This document shows positions 1 through 8,735 of a DNA stretch of 64,000 nucleotides, piece by piece. Position 1 is the stretch's first letter. The number at the start of each line of letters is the position of its first letter. The stretch is from an uncultured Pelagibacteraceae bacterium (lineage in GTDB: Bacteria > Pseudomonadota > Alphaproteobacteria > Pelagibacterales > Pelagibacteraceae), in NCBI GenBank assembly GCA_902583455.1, contig CACHVY010000004.1:33929-97928 (forward strand), read 5' to 3'. Position numbers and translations under genes: made by a program. Under the pieces are notes generated by a model. That model was not told where the DNA came from and ran no database searches. It saw only the letters and a program-made list of their open reading frames with translations.

Positions 1-254
1 ATGTTATCAAATACGTTGTAAGAACCTTCACTTCCCCAATATTTTTCAGAACTTGCATCTATAGACGACCAATTCCAATTTGTATTTGATCCATCAGTAC
101 CATTATTTTCAGGATCTGTGAGGTCTCCACCAAGTAAAGCACTAGTACCAGTTCCTAAAACCGTATAAGCTTGCGCTTGGTTGCACCACCATCCCAAAAT
201 TACTAAAAAAAAAATAATTTTGATATAATTGCTAATTGAGTCTTTAATGTCCAT
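1..254 (-). CDS. Secreted protein, N-terminal part only (runs off the window); probably a third member of the autotransporter-like array
   Basis: Not in the ORF track. Manual translation from ATG at 254: MDIKDSISNYIKIIFFLVILGWWCNQAQAYTVLGTGTSALLGGDLTDPENNG...EGSYNVFDN, open to position 1. Has a signal peptide ending AQA, on the same strand as its neighbours. Confidence 0.75.
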   Translation of the reverse strand, partial: MDIKDSISNYIKIIFFLVILGWWCNQAQAYTVLGTGTSALLGGDLTDPENNGTDGSNTNWNWSSIDASSEKYWGSEGSYNVFDN

Positions 255-373
255 TTTAGGCTATTTTTAATTTAAAAATGCACTTATGTAAAATTATAAA
301 CTGCGACCGAAGGTATAAGCGAAATGTATATGTGTTATGAGTATTAGATATAAAGCCAGTAATTACTATATTT

Positions 374-526
374 TTAAAAGGTATTAGATAATTGCAGATT
401 TACACCGTAACCAGGATTTTCATCCACAAAAGAATAATTGGTATCAAGTTTTAAATCAAAGTAGTTGTAATGTTTAAGATAGCTTAAGTTGCCTGTATTA
501 TTTATTAATGGATCAAAATCAAAGGC
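374..526 (-). repeat. 153-nt conserved 3' module, copy 1 (pairs with 2859..3011)
   Basis: Manual alignment: 20 mismatches in 153 nt; 42/50 aa identical. Confidence 0.9.
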
Positions 527-2785
527 AAACTGTGTATCTTCTTTTGAACGACTAAATTTCATTATAAAAGTATCCTTAGTAAATCCAGGGGCTTCTTTAG
601 TGTCATTTAATCTAACTGTTCTTTGAAACTCACTTGATACTGTAAAACCATTTAAGTGAATAGCTTCAAACCCGAAGGATGTTTTTAAATTTTGTCTTGA
701 AAAATTAGCATGAATTGTATCTTTATTGACAGGAGTTTCGCCCTGATAAACATATTTATAATCAACATCAGAAGTTAAATCATATAATATCTCTATTCCA
801 CCCATCGGCTGAAATGTTCCTTGATCACTTTCAATTATGTCAGTTTCAAATAAAAATCCAGCTGCGAACTCCCCGCTAGTAAAAGTATCCTCTTTATATA
901 TCACATCTCTCGCTGGTAACCCTGAGGCTTTAGATAAGAAATCTGTAAATTCTGACAATCTTGTTACGCCATATGTAAGTTTGCCTGTTGGAGTTACATT
1001 AAGAATTCCATACTTATTTTCAGTTCTATAATTTATTGTTGTAAACGCTTGCTTTCCTTTTCTCTCACCCGATAGATTGCCCACGTATCTATGATCATAT
1101 TTTAAATGACTTAAGCCTAAAACAGCATTTAGGTATTGGTTATTTTTAGTGGGCAAAATTCCATATAAATTTAAAGTTAAAGACTCCATAGTTATATCTT
1201 GTACGGAGGATTTGATATCAGAACTGCTATCACCATATCTTAGCGCTAGTCCAAAAAATTTATTATCTCCAAATTTCCTATCAGCTCCTAAAGTTAAACC
1301 TCTAGTATTTAGATCTTTTGCTTTCGCTGAACCATCTTTTTCGAAAATACTTAAAGATATATCTGCTAGGCTCCAGCTAGACCATTTTGATTTTTTATTT
1401 TCTGTTTTATGTTTGCTAATAAAAGATGCAACATTATTTCTAACTGATGGTTCAAATTTATTAGCTAAAGTCTTCAATAAAGGATCTTCGTAGTTTATTT
1501 TAAAGTTATGAGCAGATAAATTTTCATTATCACGATTTCTCCTTATCCATTCAAATCTTTTAAAAATAGTATCTACATTTAAACTAATATTTTGTTTAGC
1601 AAGTTCAAATTGAGCTTCAATTGAAGAAGATGTGTCTGAAGAACATTTAACTAATCCATAAGGACATTCAAGGTCGTATTGAAAAACATGATCTACAACT
1701 CCATCTTTACCAGGACGTTCAGACGTTGCTAATTGTACCATATATATTTTCATACCATCGGGTGAAAAAGAAAAACCACGTGGTATCCCAGATGTTATTC
1801 CAGGATAAACGATTTGATGGTGTCCTAAATGAGTTGCTGTTGAAACATCATAATTTTTACCTAAACTAAATTGATGTATTTTATTATTATTGAAATCATT
1901 ACCATTCATACATGAGATAAACATTTCACCACCATCTCTACTAAATTCAACATCTCTACATGATTGAAGTCCAGCTTCACTATTGCCTAGTGGACCGCTT
2001 AGGTCTACGCTATGTATTTCAGTGGCAGATTCTAAATCAAACGCTGGTGATAATGAATAAGTTGTTAACACAGGCGTATCATCATCTGAACCACTATCCA
2101 AACCAAACATTCTTGAACCGTCTTTACTAATCGAAAAACCAAGTGTCTTTGTATCAGTCGCTATATCAATTTCTTGAATATATTTAGCAGTTCTAAAATC
2201 ATTAGGTATGCTTAAATCATATCTGAGTATTTCACCCCGACTAGTCAGTATAAAAAAAATTTTACCAGCTTGTGATATATGAATACTGTTAAGTATACCT
2301 CCAAAGATGTCTGCTCCTTGTGCTACAAAGGTTGAATGCCTATGATCGAAAGCATCAACATCTTCACAGCTTTGTGAAGTCGAAGGTATAGCATATGGTG
2401 AATCACTTCCCATACCTGTTAGCACAGTTTTTAATTCAAATGGAGTACCAACTTTATTCATAGATATATTCTGATCGTAATCGCCCAGATTACCAGTAGT
2501 GCCATACTGATTTTTATTAACAATAAAAAGTGTTTTTCCATCATCGCTAAATAATATATCATGTGGATCTTGGGTTCGATCTCTTGTAAGCTGAGTATCT
2601 GGATCATCTGGATAATGAGAACTATAACAACCAGCTTTACCTTGAGGAATTTCATCATATACATGTTTAACTGTTAAAGCGTTGGCTTGCGTTATGGATA
2701 AAAAATAAATTCCAAATAAAAGGAAAAAAATATTAGTGCACAAAGTAACTATTTTTAAACGCACAAAAAACATAAACAGCTTCAA
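374..2785 (-). CDS. Autotransporter-like outer membrane protein with repeat (beta-propeller-like) passenger
   Basis: Signal peptide (QANA). Repeats FSxDGxxxF...YxLSxxFDxxTA. Linker IFKRFEWIRRN, amphipathic beta-strand C-terminus, terminal Phe. ATG at 2773 is a more likely start than TTG at 2785. Confidence 0.75.
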   Translation of the reverse strand: MKLFMFFVRLKIVTLCTNIFFLLFGIYFLSITQANALTVKHVYDEIPQGKAGCYSSHYPDDPDTQLTRDRTQDPHDILFSDDGKTLFIVNKNQYGTTGNLGDYDQNISMNKVGTPFELKTVLTGMGSDSPYAIPSTSQSCEDVDAFDHRHSTFVAQGADIFGGILNSIHISQAGKIFFILTSRGEILRYDLSIPNDFRTAKYIQEIDIATDTKTLGFSISKDGSRMFGLDSGSDDDTPVLTTYSLSPAFDLESATEIHSVDLSGPLGNSEAGLQSCRDVEFSRDGGEMFISCMNGNDFNNNKIHQFSLGKNYDVSTATHLGHHQIVYPGITSGIPRGFSFSPDGMKIYMVQLATSERPGKDGVVDHVFQYDLECPYGLVKCSSDTSSSIEAQFELAKQNISLNVDTIFKRFEWIRRNRDNENLSAHNFKINYEDPLLKTLANKFEPSVRNNVASFISKHKTENKKSKWSSWSLADISLSIFEKDGSAKAKDLNTRGLTLGADRKFGDNKFFGLALRYGDSSSDIKSSVQDITMESLTLNLYGILPTKNNQYLNAVLGLSHLKYDHRYVGNLSGERKGKQAFTTINYRTENKYGILNVTPTGKLTYGVTRLSEFTDFLSKASGLPARDVIYKEDTFTSGEFAAGFLFETDIIESDQGTFQPMGGIEILYDLTSDVDYKYVYQGETPVNKDTIHANFSRQNLKTSFGFEAIHLNGFTVSSEFQRTVRLNDTKEAPGFTKDTFIMKFSRSKEDTQFAFDFDPLINNTGNLSYLKHYNYFDLKLDTNYSFVDENPGYGVNLQLSNTF

Positions 2786-2858
2786 ACTTTATTAATTGAT
2801 TTTATCTTATTAATTAATTTGTAGAATTTTTACCAAAAAAAGAGAATATTTCTAGATA

Positions 2859-3011
2859 TTAAAAGCTATTAGATAGTTGAAGATTTAAACCATAATCAGG
2901 ATTTTCATTCTCGAAAGAATAATTGGTATCCAATTTTAAATCAAAATAATTGTAATGTTTAAGATAACTTAAGTTGGCTGTATTATTTGTTAGAGGATCA
3001 AAATTAAAAGC
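2859..3011 (-). repeat. 153-nt conserved 3' module, copy 2
   Basis: 87% nucleotide identity to 374..526 by manual alignment. Confidence 0.9.
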
Positions 3012-5099
3012 GATATCGGTGTTATTCTCTCTTAGATATCCAAATTTAAAGAAAAGACTTTGAAGATGACTGCTTTCATCAAGTCCTTGAAGTCTTTCAA
3101 AATTTAATCCAAAAGTGTGACCGCTCTCAGATACACTTTCCACTCCAAAGTTTACTTTAAGATTATGTAATGAATGTCTTTTAACAGATTTACGTTGAGA
3201 GGTAAGATCACTGTGACTTCTTACTGTATATCCAATATTAGATGATAAATCTTGAATGTATTCTATACTTCCATTTCTAAATAAATGAAAATTAGTTTTG
3301 TTAACTAATTTATCAAATTTTAGGCCAGCAGTTATATTTCCGGTGTTAAAAACTAAAGAGTCGTAAATATCTTGAACAGAAGATGTATTGAAGTCTGTAT
3401 AACTTGAAAGACTAGTAATTCCGAACATAAATCCGCCTGTTGGTCTAATGTTAAATTCTCCATAACCACTGTCACTATTCATATTTATTGCAGTAAATAG
3501 TTGCTTACCATTTCGATTGCCAGTTACTTGGTCAGATGAGTTTAGTTGATCAATTTTTAAAAAACTTAGTCCTAAAAGTGTGTTTAAATTTAATTTACTG
3601 TCTAATTGGTTTGTGCTGTATAAATTTAAAGTTAATGTTTCTGAGTCTAATTTAAAACCATCAGATGTTTTGTTATAAGTATTTCCTTGGCCATATCTAA
3701 TTGCAGCACCTACAAATTTATTATTTTTAAGTTTTTTATCTACTCCAAACATTAGGCCACCAACTTTAAGTGTTTGTGGTGTAGTTGTTGCTTTATCACC
3801 TGTCCTACCAATTGAAATATCTCCGTGAGACCAAAAAGATAAATTTTTAAAATTACTTCTTGTTTCTTTTTTCTTTTTTACTGAGGCTTTTGTATATTTT
3901 TGATTGAAAGTGTTTTTTAGAGTATCGCTTAATGCAGATAAAATAGGATTGTTTATATTTAATTTAATATTACTTGTATTAAGATTTTGATTGCCCTCAT
4001 TACGTCTTAACCAATCAAATCTTTTAAATATAACAGAAGAGTTTTGATGTATTAATTGTTTAGCAACATCAACTTGAGCACTAGTGTTAGAAACAGTATC
4101 TTCTTCACAAATTACAACTCCATAAGGGCAGCTTAAATCATACTCATAAATAACATCATCATAAATAGTATCCACACCACCTATGTGAGTAAATTCATTA
4201 GTAGTTAAATAAAGTTTCATCCCTTGTTTTCCAAATTGAAAAGTATATCCAGCGCCTGTTTCATCCGTTGAACCTCTATAAGCTATTTGATATTTTCCAA
4301 CATATTTTGACGAAGATACAGCAAAAGGTGTAGATAATTTATAAACATAAATATAATTTGTGCTAGGAGCTGTAGTTGCTTCAGTAACATACATTCTTGT
4401 TCCATCATCATCAAATTCTAATTCCATTGCATACAGCGCTAGTTCGCTTTCAAGATCCAATACATGAGAAAACGATGCTGTGCTTTGATCATAGGGTGTA
4501 CCAAGATTAAACTCCATAATATTTGAGTCAGTATTGATTCCATCCAATAGATACATTTTCGTTCCATCATTATTAAAATCAATATCATGAACTTGCGAGG
4601 ACGTAGCTCCTGGTACTTTGCCATCAAAAGTTGTCCAATCTATTCCGTCATCAGGTACTATAGTGTCTGCTGACATGCTTGAAATATCATAAGCAGTGGT
4701 TAAATTGTAAATATGCGTTGATGCGCCAAACCCTCCTAAAATAAAAATCTTTGTTCCATCATTATTAAATTCTATACTTAATTTAGAATGGTTTGCAGGA
4801 TTTTGACCATGACCCATAATGGATGCTGTGACCTCACTAGAGATATCTAAAGTTGATATATCCCATGCAGTATCCAAATCAAATTGGAATATATTTTTTC
4901 CATCTGTATTTTTTAGGTGATTACCAACAAATACTCTTTTTCCATCTGGGCTAAATGTTAGACCAGAAATATCAGGAAGGTTACTAGCTTGTGCAGCTCG
5001 AAGAAACGTAAGATTTCCTGAATACTCAGGTTTTACCTCTGCATTAGCAGAACTAACACAAAAAGAAATTAAGATTAAACTAATAAAAATTCTAATCAT
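2859..5099 (-). CDS. Autotransporter-like outer membrane protein with repeat (beta-propeller-like) passenger; paralog of 374..2785
   Basis: Signal peptide (SANA). Repeats FSPDGKRVFV/FNNDGTKMYL/FDDDGTRMYV. Also CPYGVVIC, IFKRFDWLRRN, a barrel-like C-terminus and terminal Phe. Confidence 0.78.
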   Translation of the reverse strand: MIRIFISLILISFCVSSANAEVKPEYSGNLTFLRAAQASNLPDISGLTFSPDGKRVFVGNHLKNTDGKNIFQFDLDTAWDISTLDISSEVTASIMGHGQNPANHSKLSIEFNNDGTKIFILGGFGASTHIYNLTTAYDISSMSADTIVPDDGIDWTTFDGKVPGATSSQVHDIDFNNDGTKMYLLDGINTDSNIMEFNLGTPYDQSTASFSHVLDLESELALYAMELEFDDDGTRMYVTEATTAPSTNYIYVYKLSTPFAVSSSKYVGKYQIAYRGSTDETGAGYTFQFGKQGMKLYLTTNEFTHIGGVDTIYDDVIYEYDLSCPYGVVICEEDTVSNTSAQVDVAKQLIHQNSSVIFKRFDWLRRNEGNQNLNTSNIKLNINNPILSALSDTLKNTFNQKYTKASVKKKKETRSNFKNLSFWSHGDISIGRTGDKATTTPQTLKVGGLMFGVDKKLKNNKFVGAAIRYGQGNTYNKTSDGFKLDSETLTLNLYSTNQLDSKLNLNTLLGLSFLKIDQLNSSDQVTGNRNGKQLFTAINMNSDSGYGEFNIRPTGGFMFGITSLSSYTDFNTSSVQDIYDSLVFNTGNITAGLKFDKLVNKTNFHLFRNGSIEYIQDLSSNIGYTVRSHSDLTSQRKSVKRHSLHNLKVNFGVESVSESGHTFGLNFERLQGLDESSHLQSLFFKFGYLRENNTDIAFNFDPLTNNTANLSYLKHYNYFDLKLDTNYSFENENPDYGLNLQLSNSF

Positions 5100-5177
5100 T
5101 TAATTCGTCATTATTTAACAAAAAATAAGAAAATTTCCATATTTATGAATATTGAAAATTATATGTAATTTGGCCAG

Positions 5178-7865
5178 TTATCCTGTATTTTTTATCGCAG
5201 CCGATATTCCGGCAATACTAGTCATCAAAGCATCATTTAAATAGTCTTTATTTTTTTTATTATTAATCTTTTTTGATAGCTTCATCATTACAGTTGCTTG
5301 TAGAATATTTAATACTTCTGAATAAAGGTTTCTTATAATTGCTGGACTTCTAAAAATTTTTCTTTGTTGTAAAATTTCTTTTGGTGTAATTTTTTTATTG
5401 AGTGTTTTAAGTGCATCAAATTGAAATCTTAGTTTTTTACCAACTCTTTTTAAATTTTCATCTGCTAAATTTTCTTCATAAATTTTTGAAATTTCAGGGT
5501 CCACTTTAGAGATAACCATATCTAATAAGTCCATTGTAGAATTAAAGAAAGGCCAATTTTTTTCCATATCTATTAAAGTTTTTTTAAATTTTTTTATTGA
5601 GGAATATCTTAAAGCTTCAGCTGTACCTAACCATGCTGGCAACATTAATCTAATTTGTGTCCATGCAAATACCCAAGGTATTGCCCTTAAACTTTTTATA
5701 CTATCTACTTGTTTTCTTTTAGATGGACGGGATCCAATTGAAAGTTTGCCTAATGCTAAATGCGGCGTAACTGTTTTAAAATATCTAATAAATTCTGAGT
5801 TTGATGTTAAATTTTTTCTATATGAGCTTTTAGATATATCAGACATACTTTCAATTAAAGTTCTCCAATTATTTTTTGGCTCTGGTGGTGGAATTAATGT
5901 TGCAAGCATTACTGAACTTATGTAGCTACATAAGTTATATTTAGCTAATGGCTCGTAACCATATTTTTGTTGAATAACTTCACCTTGATCTGTAATTCTA
6001 ATTTTGCCATTAACAGATCCAGGAGGTTGAGATCTTAGTGTTGCTTGAATTGGCCCTCCCCCTCTTCCTGCAGAACCTCCTCTTCCATGAAAGAAAGATA
6101 CATTAATTTTAAATTTTTTTGATAAAGCTAAAATCTCTTCTTGTACTTTATATTGATGCCAGCTTGCACATAATTTGCCTGCATCCTTACTTGAATCTGA
6201 GTAACCAATCATAATTTCTTGATTATGTTTAATTAAATTTCGATACCATTTTAATTTATATAAAGAGGACATGATCTTGCCTCCATTGATTAAATCGTCT
6301 AAAGTTTCAAATAAAGGTACAACTCTTAATTTATCTTTTATATTTGCTTCTTTTTGTAAAAGAATAACTGAAAGAATATCTGATGCTGAGGATGTCATTG
6401 ATATAATATAGGCTCCTAAACATTCTTTTGGTTGACTTGCTAATTCTTTAAACGTTAACCAAACTTCTAAGTTTTCCTTATCTTTAAATTGAAAATTCTT
6501 AAAAAAATTTTTACCTTTTATTTTTTTAGATAAAAATTCTATTTTTTCTTCCTCTGTCCAAGAATTATAATTTTTTTTGAATTTTCTTTTTACAATTTCA
6601 GTAATAAGTTTTGTATGTCTTGAAGACTCTTGTCTAATGTCTAATCTTGCTAAATTAATTCCAAAACATTTTGCCCTTCTCATTAAATCTAATAATTCAC
6701 CACTTGCGATATTTTCATTTTGTGTTTGTTCTAAAGATTCTCTAACTACTCTTAATGGTTTTAAAATACTTTCCCTAGAGGAAATTAAATCTTTTTGGTT
6801 TAGTGGTTTTTTATTGACCAAATGTTGCTCAATCATTCTGTGAGTTTTTCTCATTTTATCTCTAAGGGGTCTTAAATAAACTCTATAGGGTTCATATGAA
6901 AAGCCTGTATATCTTAAAATCTTTTTTGAACATTTTTGCATTGAAAAAGATCTAATTAATTTAGTTAAAGATTTTTCGTAAAGTTTTGCAGCTTCCCATC
7001 TAGATAAAAGTAAAACCTCTTTTGTAACCTCTGATGTAACAAATGGATTTCCATCCCTATCTCCTCCCATCCATGAACCAAATTCAATTGGATTAAAATT
7101 CTTAGGTAAGTTTCTGTTCATATTTTTCACAAATATTTCATTTAATCTTCTGTAAACTTTTGGAATTGTCTCCCATAAACTATCTTCAATGATTGCAAGA
7201 CCCCATCTTGCTTCATCAAAAGGCGAAGGCTTAAATCTCTTAAGTTCATCCGTGTTCCAAATAATAGTTATTTCATCGAACATTTTTTTATCTAAAACTT
7301 TTAATTTAGAAGGATAATTTTTTAGCAAATTTCTTTGTTCTAATATTTCAGTTAAAGCATGGTATTTCTGAATTAAAGTTCTTCTTTTAACTTCAGTTGG
7401 GTGTGCAGTTAAAACTATTCCAATATTAAGCTTTTTTGCAAGATCATAAATTTTATTATTAGAAATATTTTTATTTTTGAAAAAATTTTCAAATATTTCC
7501 TCAATAAAAATATTTTTATTTTTTTTATTTTTATTGGAGTTTTCATATTGATCTAGTGTTCTTGAAGCATCAACAGACTCTGCCAAATTATATAAATTCA
7601 TAAAGTGGCTATAAGCTCTACTTAATTTAAGTAGATCTTTAGGATTTTGTTTTTTTATTTCTTTAGATAAACTTTTAAAAGGGTTTTTGAGATTTTTATT
7701 AGCAATATTTGCTTTAGAAATAAGTCTTGTTTTTTCAACTAATTTAAAAAATTTTATCCCCTCTTGTTCCTTTATAACTTTTCCTAATATATTGCCAAGG
7801 TATCTAACGTCATCTCTTAAACTTTTTGTTGGAATTCTTTCATAATAGAGATCTCTTTTTATCAT
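5178..7865 (-). CDS. ppc: Phosphoenolpyruvate carboxylase
   Basis: VLTAHPTE, SWMGGDRDGNP, MIGYSDSSKDAG, FHGRGGSAGRGG, LRAIPWVFAW, C-terminal KNTG. Confidence 0.97.
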   Translation of the reverse strand: MIKRDLYYERIPTKSLRDDVRYLGNILGKVIKEQEGIKFFKLVEKTRLISKANIANKNLKNPFKSLSKEIKKQNPKDLLKLSRAYSHFMNLYNLAESVDASRTLDQYENSNKNKKNKNIFIEEIFENFFKNKNISNNKIYDLAKKLNIGIVLTAHPTEVKRRTLIQKYHALTEILEQRNLLKNYPSKLKVLDKKMFDEITIIWNTDELKRFKPSPFDEARWGLAIIEDSLWETIPKVYRRLNEIFVKNMNRNLPKNFNPIEFGSWMGGDRDGNPFVTSEVTKEVLLLSRWEAAKLYEKSLTKLIRSFSMQKCSKKILRYTGFSYEPYRVYLRPLRDKMRKTHRMIEQHLVNKKPLNQKDLISSRESILKPLRVVRESLEQTQNENIASGELLDLMRRAKCFGINLARLDIRQESSRHTKLITEIVKRKFKKNYNSWTEEEKIEFLSKKIKGKNFFKNFQFKDKENLEVWLTFKELASQPKECLGAYIISMTSSASDILSVILLQKEANIKDKLRVVPLFETLDDLINGGKIMSSLYKLKWYRNLIKHNQEIMIGYSDSSKDAGKLCASWHQYKVQEEILALSKKFKINVSFFHGRGGSAGRGGGPIQATLRSQPPGSVNGKIRITDQGEVIQQKYGYEPLAKYNLCSYISSVMLATLIPPPEPKNNWRTLIESMSDISKSSYRKNLTSNSEFIRYFKTVTPHLALGKLSIGSRPSKRKQVDSIKSLRAIPWVFAWTQIRLMLPAWLGTAEALRYSSIKKFKKTLIDMEKNWPFFNSTMDLLDMVISKVDPEISKIYEENLADENLKRVGKKLRFQFDALKTLNKKITPKEILQQRKIFRSPAIIRNLYSEVLNILQATVMMKLSKKINNKKNKDYLNDALMTSIAGISAAIKNTG

Positions 7866-7891
7866 TTAAAAGTTATTTTTTTTAAAATCAA

Positions 7892-8617
7892 TTATTTTTC
7901 CCAATCAAATCTTGGAAAAGAATCAAAAATTTTAAATATACCTTCAGACCACTCTTTAGATACTTTTGAAAATTCTTGATCATTAAGGTTTAAACATTTT
8001 TGAGATGCAATCTTGTATTGATCTTTCTTATAAACAACAAAGTCTATAGGAGGTCCAACTGTTAAGTCACTTTTTAAAGTAGAGTCCATTGATATTAAAG
8101 CGCATCTCGATGCATCTCCAATAGATACTTCGGGAGTTATAACTCTATCCAAAATTGGTTTTCCGTATTTAACTTCTCCAATTACTAAATACGGTTTGCT
8201 ATCAGCAGGCTTAATATAATTTCCTTGAGGATAAATTAAAAAAAGTTCCATTGGTTTACCTTTAATTTGACCACCAACAATAAATGTTGATCCTAATAAA
8301 ACAGTGTCGGTGTTCATGCCCTTTGGTGATGAATGTTTTAAGTTCAATGCACCAATATATTTTGCCACTTGATCAAAATCCTCACATGTATTTAAATTTT
8401 TTTTTCCTGAATTGTCTTCAAGATCTTTTTCGATTGACTTATAAACAGCTTGTGAAGTTCCTAAATTACCAGAGGTAACTATTAATACTGTTCTGTCACC
8501 AACATCGTAGGTGAACATTTTTGAGTAAATATTGACATTATCTAGTCCAGCATTAGTTCTAGAATCTGAAGCTACAACAATTCCATCTTTTGTTTTTATA
8601 CCAATACAATATGTCAT
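7892..8617 (-). CDS. Proteasome-type (Anbu, Ntn-hydrolase) peptidase
   Basis: N-terminal Thr (MTYCIG), SDSRTNAGLDN, GNLGTSQ, IGEVKYGKPILDR, SMDSTLKSDLTVGPPID. Confidence 0.9.
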   Translation of the reverse strand: MTYCIGIKTKDGIVVASDSRTNAGLDNVNIYSKMFTYDVGDRTVLIVTSGNLGTSQAVYKSIEKDLEDNSGKKNLNTCEDFDQVAKYIGALNLKHSSPKGMNTDTVLLGSTFIVGGQIKGKPMELFLIYPQGNYIKPADSKPYLVIGEVKYGKPILDRVITPEVSIGDASRCALISMDSTLKSDLTVGPPIDFVVYKKDQYKIASQKCLNLNDQEFSKVSKEWSEGIFKIFDSFPRFDWEK

Positions 8618-8635
8618 TGTTTTTTTGATTATTAG

Positions 8636-8693
8636 TTATATATATACCTCGACTTATATATATACCCCAAATTCTCATAACAGGTATATATAA
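8636..8693. promoter_or_regulatory. Candidate operator: TTATATATATACC twice (direct) plus an inverted near-copy, in a divergent promoter region
   Basis: 8636-8648 and 8654-8666 are identical. 8683-8693 GGTATATATAA is the reverse complement lacking one TA. Confidence 0.45.
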
Positions 8694-8735
8694 TTTGCAC
8701 TTAAAATTAGAAAAATATTTATAATAATATACTAA

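Noticed and set aside
205-214. A10 tract in the signal-peptide region of the first gene as a phase-variation switch
   Set aside because: The frame is intact, and A/T runs of 8-11 nt are common in this AT-rich window, including in housekeeping genes.
255-373. GC-richer patch (CTGCGACCGAAGG...) as a riboswitch or sRNA
   Set aside because: I could not build a convincing stem or match a known family; an Rfam scan would be needed.
837-1493. Antisense and alternate-frame ORFs here and elsewhere (e.g. 25253..25612, 41657..41983, 48265..48747, 61470..61685)
   Set aside because: They overlap well-supported genes and have no recognisable motifs; treated as shadow ORFs.
5100-5177. A ppc 3'-end duplicate flanking the left array, by analogy with rpsD
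   Set aside because: No copy was found in the spacers 255-373, 2786-2858 or 5100-5177. One could still lie left of the window.
8683-8698. Sigma54 promoter (GG...TTGC) for the ATP-grasp gene
   Set aside because: GG-to-GC spacing is 12 nt rather than the required 10.
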